Shown: positions 26,963-43,709, numbered from the stretch's first letter. The stretch: 64,000 nt of DNA from Octopus vulgaris (GCA_951406725.2 OX597820.1:5518001-5582000), one strand, 5' to 3'. Made by a program: numbers and translations. The notes: generated by a model from the sequence alone, not told the origin.

Positions 26963-27399
26963 CATAAATGTGTAATGGTGTCTGTCTGTATGTTTGGGGT
27001 TACTCTAACTCCTCCCACACTGTCCAACGGATTTTAATGATTTTTGGCACATGGGTAGATCACATGCCCTGCAGTTCAAATAAGGCCGGAAGTTTTCGAA
27101 AACTCGCCAATGCTCAGATGGCATCGATTTTTGTGAGCTCAGTCGGGCGTTTGAATGGAAATTCCCATAACGATGTTATTTTTCATGCAGCTCATGGCTG
27201 TGAGTTGATGTCAGTATATGGCGTTGATTACGCCTGAGCAGTGGTTTATAAAATCAATTGGCTTTTTGCGTGCAAATACCCTTAGGGATTTTAGTTTTGG
27301 CCGTAACTTTTATATTTTCATGTAAATGGTCACATGGATCCTATTTTATGACATAACCATAACACTTCGAACCAGGTGTAACATATTCAGAGACAAATT

Positions 27400-27615
27400 A
27401 ATATCTCTAATTGAGCGCCTAGGCGAGGGCCTTCCGAATTGGTTTCAGTAGGATGGGGCCCCTACCCATTTTGCCACAACTGTTAGAGATTGGCTTAATG
27501 GCACTTTTCCTCAGTGGATTGGAAGAAGGGCTCATATGGAAAGGTCCCCTCGTTCACCAGACCTTTCTCCCCTTGATTTATTTTTCTGGGGTATGTTGAA
27601 AGAGAAAGATTACAA
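27400..27615 (+). mobile_element. Tc1/mariner transposase fragment
   Basis: WFQ*DGAPTHFATTVRDWLNGTFPQWIGR...SPRSPDLSPLDLFFWGMLKEK. Confidence 0.85.
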
Positions 27616-27652
27616 TAAAGATTACAGATATCTATCTATCTATCTATCTATC

Positions 27653-27776
<124 letters not shown>

Positions 27777-27799
27777 CATATATATAAATATCTTTTTTT

Positions 27800-28385
27800 T
27801 TCTAGTTTCATCTCAGAGCTGCGGCCATGCTGATGCACCGCCGTTTTGTGCAGTGTTATTACGACGAACCTCGTCTAATATGTGGCTCTTGGTGAAGAAT
27901 GGAGTTTGATATAGCTACTCTCATTTACACCTCTTGCCGTGAGCTAGGTTCATCTGGGACTCTTGACAGGAAGACGTCCAGCTTTGATTTAAAAACCGCT
28001 ACATCTACTTTGTGCAAGTTCCTCTGACTCTTTGGGAGAATATTAAAAAGCTGTGGGCCCTTGAAACCCAGGCTGTTGCAGAAGCTGGTTCTGAAGCGTG
28101 ATGGCATTGCTGGGATCTTTGGCACTATGCAGTGTCGTCCCGTTCTGGCATTGGTGTAGCTTTCAATGCCAAAATCTGGCACAATTCCTTCCAGGATTTT
28201 CCAGATATATATATTACTGCATACCTTTCCCGTCTTCTCTCCAGGGAGTAGAGTCTCAGCTGTTTCAACCTTTCCCAGTAGCTAAGCTGTTGCAAAGAGA
28301 CGATCTTCTTTGTGAATCTTCTCTGGATTGCTTGAAGGTCCGCTGTTAATTTTACACTGGTGGGTGACCATAGCTGTGAGCAGCT
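27800..28385 (-). mobile_element. CR1-clade LINE 3' end, second family
   Basis: SYWERLKQLRLYSLERRR, GPQLFNILPK..FKSKLDVFLSRVPDEP; 3' tail GGCGGTGCATCAGCATGGCCGCAG. Confidence 0.85.
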
Positions 28386-28428
28386 ATGTCTATATATATA
28401 TATCTATATATCTATATATATATCTATA

Positions 28429-29109
28429 CAATAATAGAAATATTAAAATTACTAAGTCTCTATAAAAGAGATTACGGCAGCGTTTACTGGAAATTAATTG
28501 TTATCGCCATATTAATATGGCATTCTTATAGATATAAGAATAATCGCTGCCGCTGGTCAGCTCCATGAGGCTACCACCTTAAGATAGCTATTGATACACG
28601 ATCTGTATCCATTATAACCTTCGAACAAGGGAGGTCAGCCGCTTCACACTGCCAGTCCGACAGCTACAGACGCGTTTCGGGGTATTGCCCCTTGTCAATG
28701 TAGCGCAGTCAGACCCCGCAGGTGTCGCCACTGACGTCTCTGTTCGAAGGTTTCTATTTACCTAGTTTCAGTGGAATACATCCACTTGTTTTCAATAATA
28801 GAAATATTAAAATTACTAAGTCTCTATAAAAGAGTTTACGGCAGCGTTTACTGGAAATTAATTGTTATCGCCATATTAATATGACATTCTTATAGATATA
28901 AGAATAATCGCTGCGGCAATACCCCAATACGCGTCTGTAGCTGTCGGACTGGCAGTGTGAAGCGGCTGACCTCCCTTGTTCGAAGGTTATAATGGATACA
29001 GATCGTGTATCAATAGCTATCTTAAGGCGGTAGCCTCATGGAGCTGACCAGCGGCAGCGATTATTCTTATATCTATAAGAATGCCATATTAATATGGCGA
29101 TAACAATTA
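28429..29109 (-). mobile_element. Hammerhead-bearing 364-bp partial tandem plus 195-bp inverted copy (retrozyme / Penelope pseudo-LTR-like)
   Basis: Direct repeat 28429-28550 = 28793-28914; 28915-29109 = rc of 28495-28689; flanked by (TA)n-type repeats. Confidence 0.75.
28663..28704 (-). ncRNA. Minimal type I hammerhead ribozyme (core decayed)
   Basis: rc: GCTACA TTGACAA GGGG caata CCCC GAAAC GC GTC TGTAGC; perfect stems I and II, palindromic ACGCGT stem III. Confidence 0.7.
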
Positions 29110-29165
29110 TATCTATACATATATCTATCTATCTATATATATATACATATATATATATATATCAA

Positions 29166-29198
<33 letters not shown>

Positions 29199-29199
29199 C

Positions 29200-29268
<69 letters not shown>

Positions 29269-29378
29269 ATCTATCTATCTATATATATATGTATATATAT
29301 ATCTATATATATCTATCTATATATATATCTATGTATATATATATATATATTTATGTATATATATCTCTGTATATATAT

Positions 29379-29465
<87 letters not shown>

Positions 29466-29717
29466 GGTATATATAGACAAGATAAGAAAATGGAGAATTA
29501 CATCTAAATCAAATATCAATTACCAGATAATACTCAATCACATACTTTATTAAACCACCACATAAGAGACTGTAGGGTTAAATATAAAAAGCAGAACAAA
29601 TCAGTGTACATAAAGGAATGTACATAAAAAGTATACATAAAAGAGTAATGTTGTATAATAAGTAGAATATATATAAAAGAGAATATAAATATAAGTAAAT
29701 ATAAATATAAGTATAGA

Positions 29718-29855
29718 TTACATCTTACAGCTGTTTCGGCCATGTCGATAAGTATGTCTCATTTTACCAATATTAACTCTTTATAGTTGGTCAATATATA
29801 GATATAAATGAGACATTTACAAAAATATCATAAGGCCTCTTCGGAGATTATGTAA
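29718..29855 (-). ncRNA. Hammerhead-like motif with ~100-nt extended stem II
   Basis: rc: TTACataATCT CCGAAGA GGCC...GGCC GAAAC AGCT GTA AGATGTAA. Confidence 0.6.
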
Positions 29856-30343
29856 TATAAATCAGTCTACATATATACCCACAAGGGTGTGGGTGCATAC
29901 CCATAATACAACATATACATATACATATGAGTGCATATACTCACACTCTTATACATATAAAAATATACATATACATAATGATATAAGTAAATAATATAAA
30001 TTAGTACACATATATATGTGTTCTACATCCAACGTCTCAGTTTTTCGACTCAATATTGTGATAATAAACATACACAAATTAGTACCTAGATGCAAATATA
30101 CACAGTCAATAGTATATTATATTGCTTCATACTAATTTCTAAAGTGTCATTAAAGTTAGCATCATTATCATTGTCAATACAATTAATGTTATCATTATTA
30201 TCATTCATAATATTATTAATAAAGCTTGCATTAGGATCAAGAGCGGTATATATTTATATCCGGGTTCCAGTTGGTAATTTTCCTTATGACATAAATACAC
30301 TATTGGATAACCCCTATCTCAATTTGTTATTTTACTAAGCCCT

Positions 30344-32390
<2,047 letters not shown>

Positions 32391-32847
32391 TCTCTGTTAA
32401 ATAGAGCGGACGTGATTAATAGAAGCGAATATTTGGAAAGTATTAAATCATATTATCTAATTTTATTCCAATTCTTAACTTTTTACAACGCATAACATTC
32501 CATACAATTAGTTGCAAGTTATACAAGAACTATCACTATCATTATTATTATTATTATAATTATTATTATTATTATTCTTATTATTATTTTAATTGTTGTT
32601 GTTATTAGAGCGGGTGTTAACACTTTGCGATGGGTGTAGAGGGCGGGTTGGGAAGATATAACGCTTGAAAAGAGTTTGTTTGTTCGTGCATTTAAGCAGA
32701 CAGGCAGACAGAAAAAGAATATGGATTTGAAAGTTATGCAGAGTTGTTCATCAAGATGTATTATGTACGTATGATTGCAATAATGTGTGAGTGAACATAT
32801 ATATATATATATATACATCATCCTCTCTCTCTCTTTCTCTCTCTCTC

Positions 32848-32890
<43 letters not shown>

Positions 32891-33377
32891 ATAAGTAGAT
32901 AGATATTCACGCTATAATATAACGATATAATTTTGTGTATATGTGTTCTTGTGTATGACTATTGGAGCTTGCATGTATGTATATATATATATATATTGTA
33001 TGTATATTTATGTTTATATACGTGTTTCAGTTCATAGTTGTTAGACACGCATGCGTGTTCTGTAAATGCATTCTATCGGTTACATTCGAGTTAGTAACAA
33101 AAGAAATTTTATCTGTAAACAAATCATATGCGTCTATTTGCATATTTACGCAAATATACTCGTCCATATATACACATGTATATATATATATATGTATATG
33201 CATATATATATATAATTTTGTGTGTGTATATATATATATATATATACTTATACATACATATATATGTATGTATATGTATGCACATATGTGCATATGTATA
33301 CTTACAGAAGGATAAAGTTAGCTATGCATATATGTAGCTGTGAGTGTGTGTGTGTATATGATTTAAAGCATACATAT

Positions 33378-33429
<52 letters not shown>

Positions 33430-33927
33430 GTGTGTAAGTGTGTGAGTATGCGTGTGCATGCATATACGTATAAGTGTGTTTGTGTGCTTACGTATATACA
33501 CACATATATATATTTATGTATGTATGTATGTATGTATGTATGTATGTATGTATGCATGTATGCATATATGAATCTAGTTCTTCATATATATCTATATATA
33601 AAATATGATATGAAGTGTAAATGACTTCAAAGGCTGAGTGTAATAGATACAGCCATTTCAGTTGCAGGAATGCAGCAAATATACAAAAACTCTGTGCAGT
33701 GAAATCTGTGTTTTTCTAGTTTACTTAGAACAGATCTCAGTTCTTTAACCAGAAATAAACTGCTGGAGCGTCAGGAAGGAACCTTCGCCCTTATATACAA
33801 TATGTGTAATAATACTGCCATGATACTACAAACATAATAACGTATTGGCTGTGTACGCAGAAACAATATTCATACATACATGGATAGATACATACATACA
33901 CGCATACAGATGTGTATACACACACAT

Positions 33928-33960
<33 letters not shown>

Positions 33961-34039
33961 AAGCATTAATAATGGTAAGGAGAATGGAGATTTTTCACAT
34001 CCATAATTCTATATAACAGTTATCCACAGCATATTTTCC

Positions 34040-34126
34040 GGACCTACACCTGTTTCAACAGCTCCGATTGCATACGGTTGAATATGCAGCCCTACAATTT
34101 TGGTCAGTGCAGTTTTGTCAGGGTCC
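34040..34126 (-). ncRNA. Hammerhead-like motif with branched stem II in a (TA)n-flanked cassette (~33960-34280)
   Basis: rc: GGACC CTGACAA AAC...GTT GAAAC AGGT GTA GGTCC; perfect 5-bp stem I. Confidence 0.6.
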
Positions 34127-34349
34127 TTCACCCTTGACCGTTTCGAAGTAAAACTCACGGAATCAATAAACTGAGTGAATATATTGCCCAGTGGGTGGTA
34201 GAGGCGCTGCTGTTAATAGTTTTTGGAATTTTGACCTACGGATCTCCTCTACTATCCCTTAAAACTAATTTTTAAAATATATATATATGTATTCATGTAT
34301 ATATATATATATATATATAGGTATTCATGTATATATATATATATATATA

Positions 34350-34642
34350 CCGTGATCACCGTGAGCGACCAGGCTATCAGATTTTGCTATCGCTGGTCAC
34401 AATGCGCTATCGTATTATTTTAGCCTTCGAATGACGCCACCCCGCTGGCTAAGCGAGCATAACAGCAGAAATAGTGAGAGAAAAGTGTGGCGATATAGTA
34501 CATATGGATCGTCACCACCCCCGGCCGGAGCCTCGTATATGAACTTTAGGTATTTTCGTTCAATAAGCACTCATAACGAATCGAAATCGCGATCCTACAA
34601 CCGCGAGTCCGCTGCCCTAACCACTAGGCCATTGCACCTCCA
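34350..34642 (-). mobile_element. SINE family C, tail type 3
   Basis: Same tRNA head and GAGGCTCCGGC body as 5813; different tail ..GCGCATTGTGACCAGCG..TCACGGTGATCACGG. Confidence 0.75.
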
Positions 34643-34668
34643 TGTATATATATATATGTTAGGTATAG

Positions 34669-34699
<31 letters not shown>

Positions 34700-34784
34700 G
34701 AGAGAGAGAGAGAGAGAGAGAGGTCTGAGAGAGATAGAGAGATAGACATAGGTATGTGTATATATATATATATATATATATACC

Positions 34785-35216
<432 letters not shown>

Positions 35217-35468
35217 TATAACGAAAAGAAAACATAAAATACACGTGGAAATGTAAGTGTAAAATATGAAAAATCAACGAAAATGCACATTGCAAATAAA
35301 AAAAGGCTATTTATGACAGGTAACGACAAATATATACATTTAGATTGACTGAGGTAGCAATACGAGTCATAAAAGTCATTATTATGAGATGATTATAAGA
35401 TGATAATAAAGTAAGAGAACAAAACGGACCATGGTTTACGCAAAGCTATTCATATATATATATATATA

Positions 35469-36375
35469 AACTTAGATAAACTTAGATATGTTTCGACCAA
35501 TGATTGGTCCAGGCCATGTCTAACGTAATAGCACCACCTGATAGGATTATTCGAAACCTGTTTAAGTCAAGTTTTGTTTATGGTCCATTCAAGTAGTGAG
35601 TTTTTGTTGGGTGAGTTGCATCCAATTATGGGTGGCTTATCTGGTATTCTTTCAAGGAATCTATCCAGACTCCGTTTAAAGTTGATGGGATCCTTTTCCT
35701 CTTTGATCTTTCGGGACAATGTTAAATAGGGCAGGGCCTGTTGAGGAAAAGAAATTATGTTGCAGTGTACATGTATGCTGTGATCTTGAATTGGGCAGGG
35801 GACGTATGGCCCGTGGTCCCAGTCTTGGATGAACCTTGAAGCTAATGTTCAGGTCGTTTGGGCAAAGTTGGCGGTATATTCTCCACATCATACAAATGAT
35901 GTACCGCTCACGGCGACGCTGGAGAGAGTAGAGTTTTAAGGCTTTAAGGCGATCCCAATAATCGAGAGCAGCCATGCCTTCAATTCGTTTAGTGAGTGCC
36001 CTCTGGGGTGATTCAATCCTCGAGATGTTTTGTCTTGTATGGGGAGACCACAGTGGGCAGCAGTATTTGAGGTGTGGCCGTACAAAGGAGGAGAAAAGTG
36101 GTATGATGACACCTTGTTCTCTGGACCGGAAAGTTCTTAAGATCCAGGAACTCATCCTACGAGCTATATCGACCTTCTTGTTGATGTGTGCACTCCAACT
36201 GAGATCGTCATCAACAATTACACCCAGATCTCTGATATTGTTAGAGGCTGTGAGCGGTTCCCCTGAAGGAAGAGAGTATGGCTGTTTTAGTGAGGAATTT
36301 TTTCCAAAATGCATCAGCTCAAATTTTTCCTCATTCAGTTGCATTTTGTTTCTGTCTGTCCATTGACTCACAGCA
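35469..36375 (-). mobile_element. CR1-clade LINE 3' part (copy 2)
   Basis: ORF 35676-36371: W...NKMQLNEEK..MHFG..IRDLGVIVDDDLSW..HI..LFSSFVRPHLKYCCPLWSP. Confidence 0.9.
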
Positions 36376-36380
36376 TATAG

Positions 36381-36466
<86 letters not shown>

Positions 36467-36677
36467 TTTATATATATATATACATAGATATATACACATA
36501 TAGTTGAATAAGATTCAGGTAAAAAGCTTGTAGAATTCTATAGAAACCCCATTTCTTGGTTAGGAGGCGCATCTCACACCTTGGATGAAAGATAATGATC
36601 TCACACTCTTCAAGGCAGTGCTCCAGCATGATCACAACCAAATGCCTTAAACAAGTAAAAGAATAAAAGAATATATG

Positions 36678-36774
<97 letters not shown>

Positions 36775-37013
36775 TTATGTATATATCGGAAATGAATATT
36801 TATATAGATATTAATATTGTTATTATCATCGAAGGCAATACATATAGCTTATAATAACGATATTAATAAAGGCAATTGCAAGCCGAAATCCCCATTATAT
36901 GGCTATAGAAAATTACAGCACATCTTAACCCTTTGGCTGCTGATTAATACTATTCACAGTGAGGCTGTCCACAATTTGGCGCTTAGCAATTAATGACGCA
37001 AGCAAATTTCAAC

Positions 37014-37140
37014 ATGGCGGACTGGGAAGATGTTTTTAAAGGGTTAAGATGTGCTGAAAAAGATAAGACCTTTGTATCAGGCCAGAAACCGGTTCACATA
37101 AATACCTGTTCCATTAGATGCATAGCTTTATTCTATACAG
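37014..37140 (+). CDS. Candidate first coding exon (MADWEDVFKGLRCAEKDKTFVSGQKPVHINTCSIRCIALFYT, phase-1 donor)
   Basis: Strong start context CAAC-ATG-G, 42 open codons, donor CAG|GTATGT; no homology recognised. Confidence 0.3.
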
Positions 37141-37635
37141 GTATGTGAGTGGTGTTTTACGGTTCGCTCGCCCTATATACTATTGAATCTGTTATTTTCT
37201 GTCTAAATATTATTTGCTGGTCCAAATGACGGTTCTAACTCTTATTTCTAGCGAGTAGACACTTTAATGTGTCCTTATGGCTAATGTAATTTTACTTATA
37301 TGGCTGTATGTATGTATATGTGTGTGTGTGAGAGGGAGAGAGAGAGAGAGAGAGAGTGTGTGTGTGCGTGTGTGTGTGCATCTATGTGTATATGTGTGTG
37401 CATGTGAGTGTGTGCGTCTATGTGTATGTGTGTGTGTGTGTGTGAGTGAGTGTGTGTGTGTGTGAGGGTGTGTGTTTGTGCGTGCATATCATACCAACAG
37501 TTGTCTCAGAGTCAACATTCGCTCATTCATAGACACACACACACACACACACACACATGTATGCACGCTTATTATATACGTACGTAGTCACCCAGGAGAA
37601 CAATATGGGTATTAAAAGTAATGTGTGTTTGTATG

Positions 37636-37671
<36 letters not shown>

Positions 37672-37789
37672 CATATTATATGTATGTGTGTGTGTACGAG
37701 AAAGTGTATTTGTAAAGCTATATATAGATATACATAGATACATATATGTTTGTATACCTTTACAGATACAAAATTTCACGCGCACATAT

Positions 37790-37960
37790 CTAATTAAGGA
37801 AAACCCTGTTACTGTTTGCAGTTGCTCATGCGCATTGGCTCCCTGCCTCTCCCACCATGCCGCTCCTTTCATATATACATTCCTATTCAATCCTGTCATC
37901 TTTGACCACCAACCAATCAATCACACAGAAGCCATCACATCAAAGTATTTCCTCAGATCT
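37790..37960. promoter_or_regulatory. Promoter/enhancer-like island
   Basis: Clustered CATGCGCAT, ATTGG, CCAATCAATCA, CTTTGA and ATCAAAG motifs in unique sequence. Confidence 0.25.
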
Positions 37961-38384
37961 TTGTAATATTTCATATTTCACCATTTTGTTTAGGTTTCAC
38001 GACACAGTTAATTAGTCATTGTCATTTTGCACAATTCCATCATTTTTCTGTCGTTTATCAAGTCTTACATAAGCTCACAATGGGTTTGGCCGGGTTTGAT
38101 CTCAGAACAGTGACGCATTGAAGTATATGGCTATCGGAGAACAACTTGTTGAAAGCACATACATATACACACACAAGCACAAATGCGCACATATTCACAC
38201 ACGTACACTTACATGCACACAAGTACGCAGAAATGTACGCAGAGGTACACGGAAGCACAATTACCCATTGATGGGTAACAGTTTGGAGGAGGAGAACTCA
38301 ATACTAAGACACAGTGCAAATACTAAGAACTCCGGATCAACTTAAATACATGTGTGTGTGAGTGTGTGTATGTTAATTAATTTA

Positions 38385-38535
38385 AGTTAAGTTAAGTTAA
38401 TTTTTTTGGTTCAAAAAGCAAAAAGCAAGGCCATGTAGGGGGACATGGAGTTATGTAGAGGGTGATGTTCATGCAAAGAGTTCAGGCCATTTCTGGTCAA
38501 GAGAGACTTTGAACCGAGCGGTCGTCGGCATCGTG
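38385..38535 (-). mobile_element. LINE (CR1/Jockey group) extreme 3' end with short-repeat tail
   Basis: (TTAAC)n-like tail next to a short non-coding block; family not resolvable. Confidence 0.35.
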
Positions 38536-38766
38536 TGTGTTTGTGTGTGTACAGACATATCAAAAGTAAATATACCTCATGATTGTCTTTTTTTTTTCTG
38601 TTTGTAGATATTTCTAGAAACAAAGCAATGTTTTTTTGATTCATGTAAATATTAAATCCAGGCTTCAATAAAGACATTTTCTGAAAGTTTTAATGATTTA
38701 CACCGTTTTGGTCATCGTACTCATGCGTAGTGTCCGCAGAGAGGAATCGGTATAATGAAGTCAATA

Positions 38767-38996
38767 GGCGGCGAGCTGGCAGAAGCGTTAGTACCCCGGG
38801 TGAAATGCGTTGCCGTATTTCGTCTGCCGTTACGTTCTGAGTTCAAATCCGCCAAGGTCGACTTTGCCTTTCATCCTTTCGGGGTCGATAAATTAAGTAC
38901 CAGTTACGCACTGGGGTCGATGTAATCGACTTAATCCGTTTGTCTGTCCTTGTTTGTCGCCTCTGTGTTTAGCCCCTTGTGGGTTGTAAAGAAATA
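38767..38996 (+). mobile_element. SINE family A, full length, with TSD
   Basis: GGCGGCGAGCTGGCAGAA head; flanks GGTATAATGAAGTCA / GGTATAATGAGGTCA. Confidence 0.9.
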
Positions 38997-39027
38997 GGTA
39001 TAATGAGGTCATCCAGATACTTCTGAG

Positions 39028-39336
39028 CAATGGCGGACTGGGTCTAAAAATATTGGTTGCCAGGAGATTAAGGGGGCCCACCCGCAACTACAAGTGGGTC
39101 CATCCGGAACTACAATGCTATCATCTATTTATTTTCTTTTTGTTAAAAATATTCATTTCAACTGTCTACAGCCAGGTTCAAATAATTAATGCATTCTTCC
39201 AGGAGTGAATAAAATATTCTCAAACTTGAATGGATGGGCCCCTTAAATACTAGCATGGGCCCCCGTGTATGAATTCTAATGGCGCAGGGATCCACTTGCC
39301 ATCGGGCAAGCTGGTAACCTGGCCAATCCGCCACTG
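39028..39336. mobile_element. hAT-superfamily MITE
   Basis: TIRs CAATGGCGGACTGG / CCAATCCGCCACTG with perfect 8-bp TSD CTTCTGAG (39020-39027, 39337-39344). Confidence 0.88.
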
Positions 39337-39436
39337 CTTCTGAGGTATGTGTGTGTGTGTGTGTGTGTGCGTGAAGACCCTCTTGGGTCATACACACACA
39401 GGTACAACCATCACCAACACTTCTACCAGTAATACA

Positions 39437-39668
39437 TATTTCTTTACTACCCACAGGGGGCTAAACACAGAGGGGGACAAACAAGGACAGACAAAGGTAT
39501 TAAGTCGATTACATCGATCCCAGTGCGTAACTGGTACTTAATTTATCGACCCCGAAAGGATGAAAGGCAAAGTCGACCTCGGCGAGATTTGAACTCAGAA
39601 TGTAGCGGCAGACAAATTACCGCTAAGCATTTCGCCCGGCGTGCTGACGTTTCTGCCAGCTCGCCGCC
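39437..39668 (-). mobile_element. SINE family A, full length, with TSD CTACCAGTAATACA
   Basis: rc of 38767-38996; 14-bp direct repeat on both flanks. Confidence 0.9.
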
Positions 39669-39723
39669 TACCAGTAATACAACCACCAATACCATCACCT
39701 CAACTACTACAACAACAACAGCA

Positions 39724-39764
<41 letters not shown>

Positions 39765-40021
39765 AACTACTACTACTACTACTACTACTGTTCATCCGGT
39801 AATGATGAAATGCGATAAACAAATGAATGAATGCAATAAGATGAAATTACCTTCCAGTTACCACTCCGAAGTAATTTGAAGTTGGTTTCCTCTTCTTCCA
39901 ACCCCGCTAAACTGAGATCAAGTTACCTCGACTCAAAGGAAAGCCGGGTTAACCTGGATCGCTTACCGGGGTCAAAGTGGCCTTCTATATTACGAAGCTG
40001 GTATATATTATTTTACATTAA

Positions 40022-40365
40022 TTTTTATCTTTTGTTTGTCTCAGTCATCTGACTGCGGCCATGCTGTAGCACGGCCTTCGGGTGGTTTGTAGTGGAAGGA
40101 ATAGAGGCGTAAACAAAACCAATACCGGTTGTTAAGCGGTAGTGGGGGACAAATACGAACATAAAGACAAACACGCACACACACACACACACACATGCAC
40201 ACACACACTCACGCACACTCACGCACATCAGTTTCCGTCTACAAATCCACTCACAAGGCTTTGGTCGACACGAGGCTATAGTAGAAGACATGCCATGTCA
40301 TGCAGTGGGGCTGAACCTGGAACCATGTGGTTGGGAAGCAAGCTTCTTACCACATGGCCACGCGT
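40022..40365 (-). mobile_element. SINE family B (internally deleted)
   Basis: Head, (CA)n and tail match 23662-24068. Confidence 0.8.
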
Positions 40366-40371
40366 GTGCCG

Positions 40372-40449
<78 letters not shown>

Positions 40450-40450
<1 letters not shown>

Positions 40451-40698
40451 GGAGATGTACTCGCATAGCAAGTAATTTGATCTGAGATCGTGTGCTGAAA
40501 CGAAAACAATTGCAGCGTGGAAGGTGTTTATAAGCCATTTAAGAAACACACAAAAGCCGTTCGATTCACTCCAGTGAACAGGTCGCGGATTTTAGCGACG
40601 AAAATATTTTGACAAATTAAACTTAAATGTTGAAGTGAATCGAACGGCTTTTGTGTGTTTCTTAAATAGCTTATAAACACCTTCCACGCTGCAATTGT

Positions 40699-40700
<2 letters not shown>
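40450..40700. repeat. 66-bp near-perfect inverted repeat enclosing a hammerhead-like motif, in (TA)n
   Basis: 40505-40570 vs 40634-40699, one mismatch; loop GTGAACA G GTCGC ggatttta GCGAC GAAAATATTT. Confidence 0.8.
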
Positions 40701-40760
<60 letters not shown>

Positions 40761-41032
40761 CAAAATGGGACAAGAACGCAAAACATTCAAATAGACGATA
40801 CAAAAAACACGGACGGGTCATTCGAAGCCTCTAATCTTCAGTCAAGAACCGGATCATCCTCGCAATTTCGGCTGATTAATCTTCAGATTACTCCAATCTG
40901 GCCAGCCCCAAGGAAAAACTAAGCTACGAGTATTAGATTTCTTGGAAAAAGTATCGAATGTATACGAAACAGGGACAGAAAAACGGACGATGTTACACGA
41001 ATATAAATACAAAAAACAATAATAATAATAAT

Positions 41033-41096
<64 letters not shown>

Positions 41097-41266
41097 TTGA
41101 TATTATGCAAAAGTATCGTAAGTCCAAAATGTTGCTTTATCAGAAAACTAAAAATTAGTTTCACCATTCCATAGCCAAACCATTGCACTAAACCATGACA
41201 ATTTTTGATACCTTGGCATCTGAAGCAGCTGGAGATACGACAGTTTAACATAATAGCAACGGTATG

Positions 41267-41900
<634 letters not shown>

Positions 41901-42086
41901 GAGTGTATTTTTACCTTGTTAACAATTAACACGGAAAAATAAATAAATAGTTACCAGGGCAGCAAAAATCTCACAAGTAAAGGTGTTGTAACTCCTTGTT
42001 TATAAAGGTAGAAACTTCGTGTTTACGTTGAAACATGTGTCGAAAGTAAAAATATTTGATTACACCTGCGTTAACTCCATTTTTTA

Positions 42087-42136
<50 letters not shown>

Positions 42137-42543
42137 AAACAAAAAATATATTTATGCGTGCATCTCTGTGTATGTGTATATTTATGTATGCATAAATACG
42201 TGTGTGTTTGTATATATGAACGTATTTCCCACTGTATCAGTATGTCTGCGTGTATCTCTTTCCCGTCGCCGGGGCTGTTTGTGCTGTCCCGCATTTCTAT
42301 CTAAATATAAACACTTAAAAAATATTTGTGTTGTCTGCCTAACGAATTTCTAACAGGAAAATCCTTGCATGTCTGTATAACACGTAATTCCTATTAGCAA
42401 ATGAAACGTGTGTAATGGTGAGTAAAAAATATTTTTAAAAATTCAATTTCCTCTTTTGTTATGCAATACCTCTGTAAATAATATTCCCAAATTCTCAATT
42501 TTGATATGTATCTTGACTAACAATTTTGATATGCATTTTGACT

Positions 42544-42850
42544 TGGAGGCGCAATGGCCCAGTGGTTAGGGCAGCGGACTCGCGGTCGGAGGATCGCGGT
42601 TTCGATTCCCAGACCGGACGTTATGTGTTTATTGAGCGAAAGCACCTAAAGCTCCACAAGGCTCCGGCAGGGGGTGGTGGCGACCCCTGTTGTACTCTTT
42701 CGCCCCAACTTTCTCTCGCCCTCTCTTCCTGTTTCTTAAGTAACGCTGCGATGGACTGGCGTCCCGTCCAGCTAGGGGGAACACATACGCCACAGAAACC
42801 GGGAAACCGGGCCCATGAGACTAGCTAGGCTTCAAAATGGCGCATAAATT
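42544..42850 (+). mobile_element. SINE family C, tail type 2 (V-domain-like)
   Basis: Same head/body as 5813, then CTGCGATGGACTGGCGTCCCGTCCAG. Confidence 0.85.
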
Positions 42851-43709
42851 TAAAAAAATAAATAAAATTTTGACTAACACACAGCGGTAAACTTCCTCCC
42901 CGCACAGCCTCACCGAATCCAGAAAGTTGAAAGGTAAAGTCGATGCTGATTGAGATCGCCACAAGTATTTCTGGCTCTCTGCTGAGTTTAGGAAACCATA
43001 TCGATTTAATCCTCTATGTGAGTACTTCACTTTCGTGCTGACTTTTTTCTCTCATGAACCTGAAAATTAAAAGACGGACGCCATATTTGGCTGTGCCGGT
43101 CATTTTGAAAATTCTGCATATAGTAAGTATTGTCTGGAGTCCCAATGACTCATAGGAGCGGTTATCCAGTTTCATTGGCGCATAACTGACCAAGAACACA
43201 TCATTCCCCTGAACGAAACGCCAGTCCGACGCATGGTTATTCATTTATAGCTGTATTGAATGGAGCAACGAGATATTAAGTTCTTGCTTAAGTGCCCGGT
43301 CCTGTTATCGAAACCATGACCTTACAACACCCTAACCTCTAGGCCAGACGCCTTCACCTGAAAATTGTATAATACTCAATATTTTGTAAATAATACAAGA
43401 GAACGTTTTACTTCTGTTTTTGTACTTGGTTTGTAACAACCAGTGCGTGTGTTTATTTTGAATTTATTGGCACAATGACCCTCCCAACGCACAGCAAGAT
43501 ATATGAGAAACTTACAAATGTGGGGACCAAATGTTAAGGAACATATTAAACATGTGTAAGGTGAGAGTATTACGTTACTGCAATTATTTAATGAATATCA
43601 TTATTGTTGAATATTTGCAGCTCGGTAGTAAAGTTATAAAAGCGAAAAATTTGAAGTACTTTTCTCTTTTGTTTTAAAAATTACCAAATATGCTGCCGCA
43701 CCTCCTGCA

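Noticed and set aside
40855-40915. Hammerhead on - strand (GGCTG...CAGCC GAAA)
   Set aside because: Stem II and GAAA present but no recognisable CUGANGA box or UH site; not counted.
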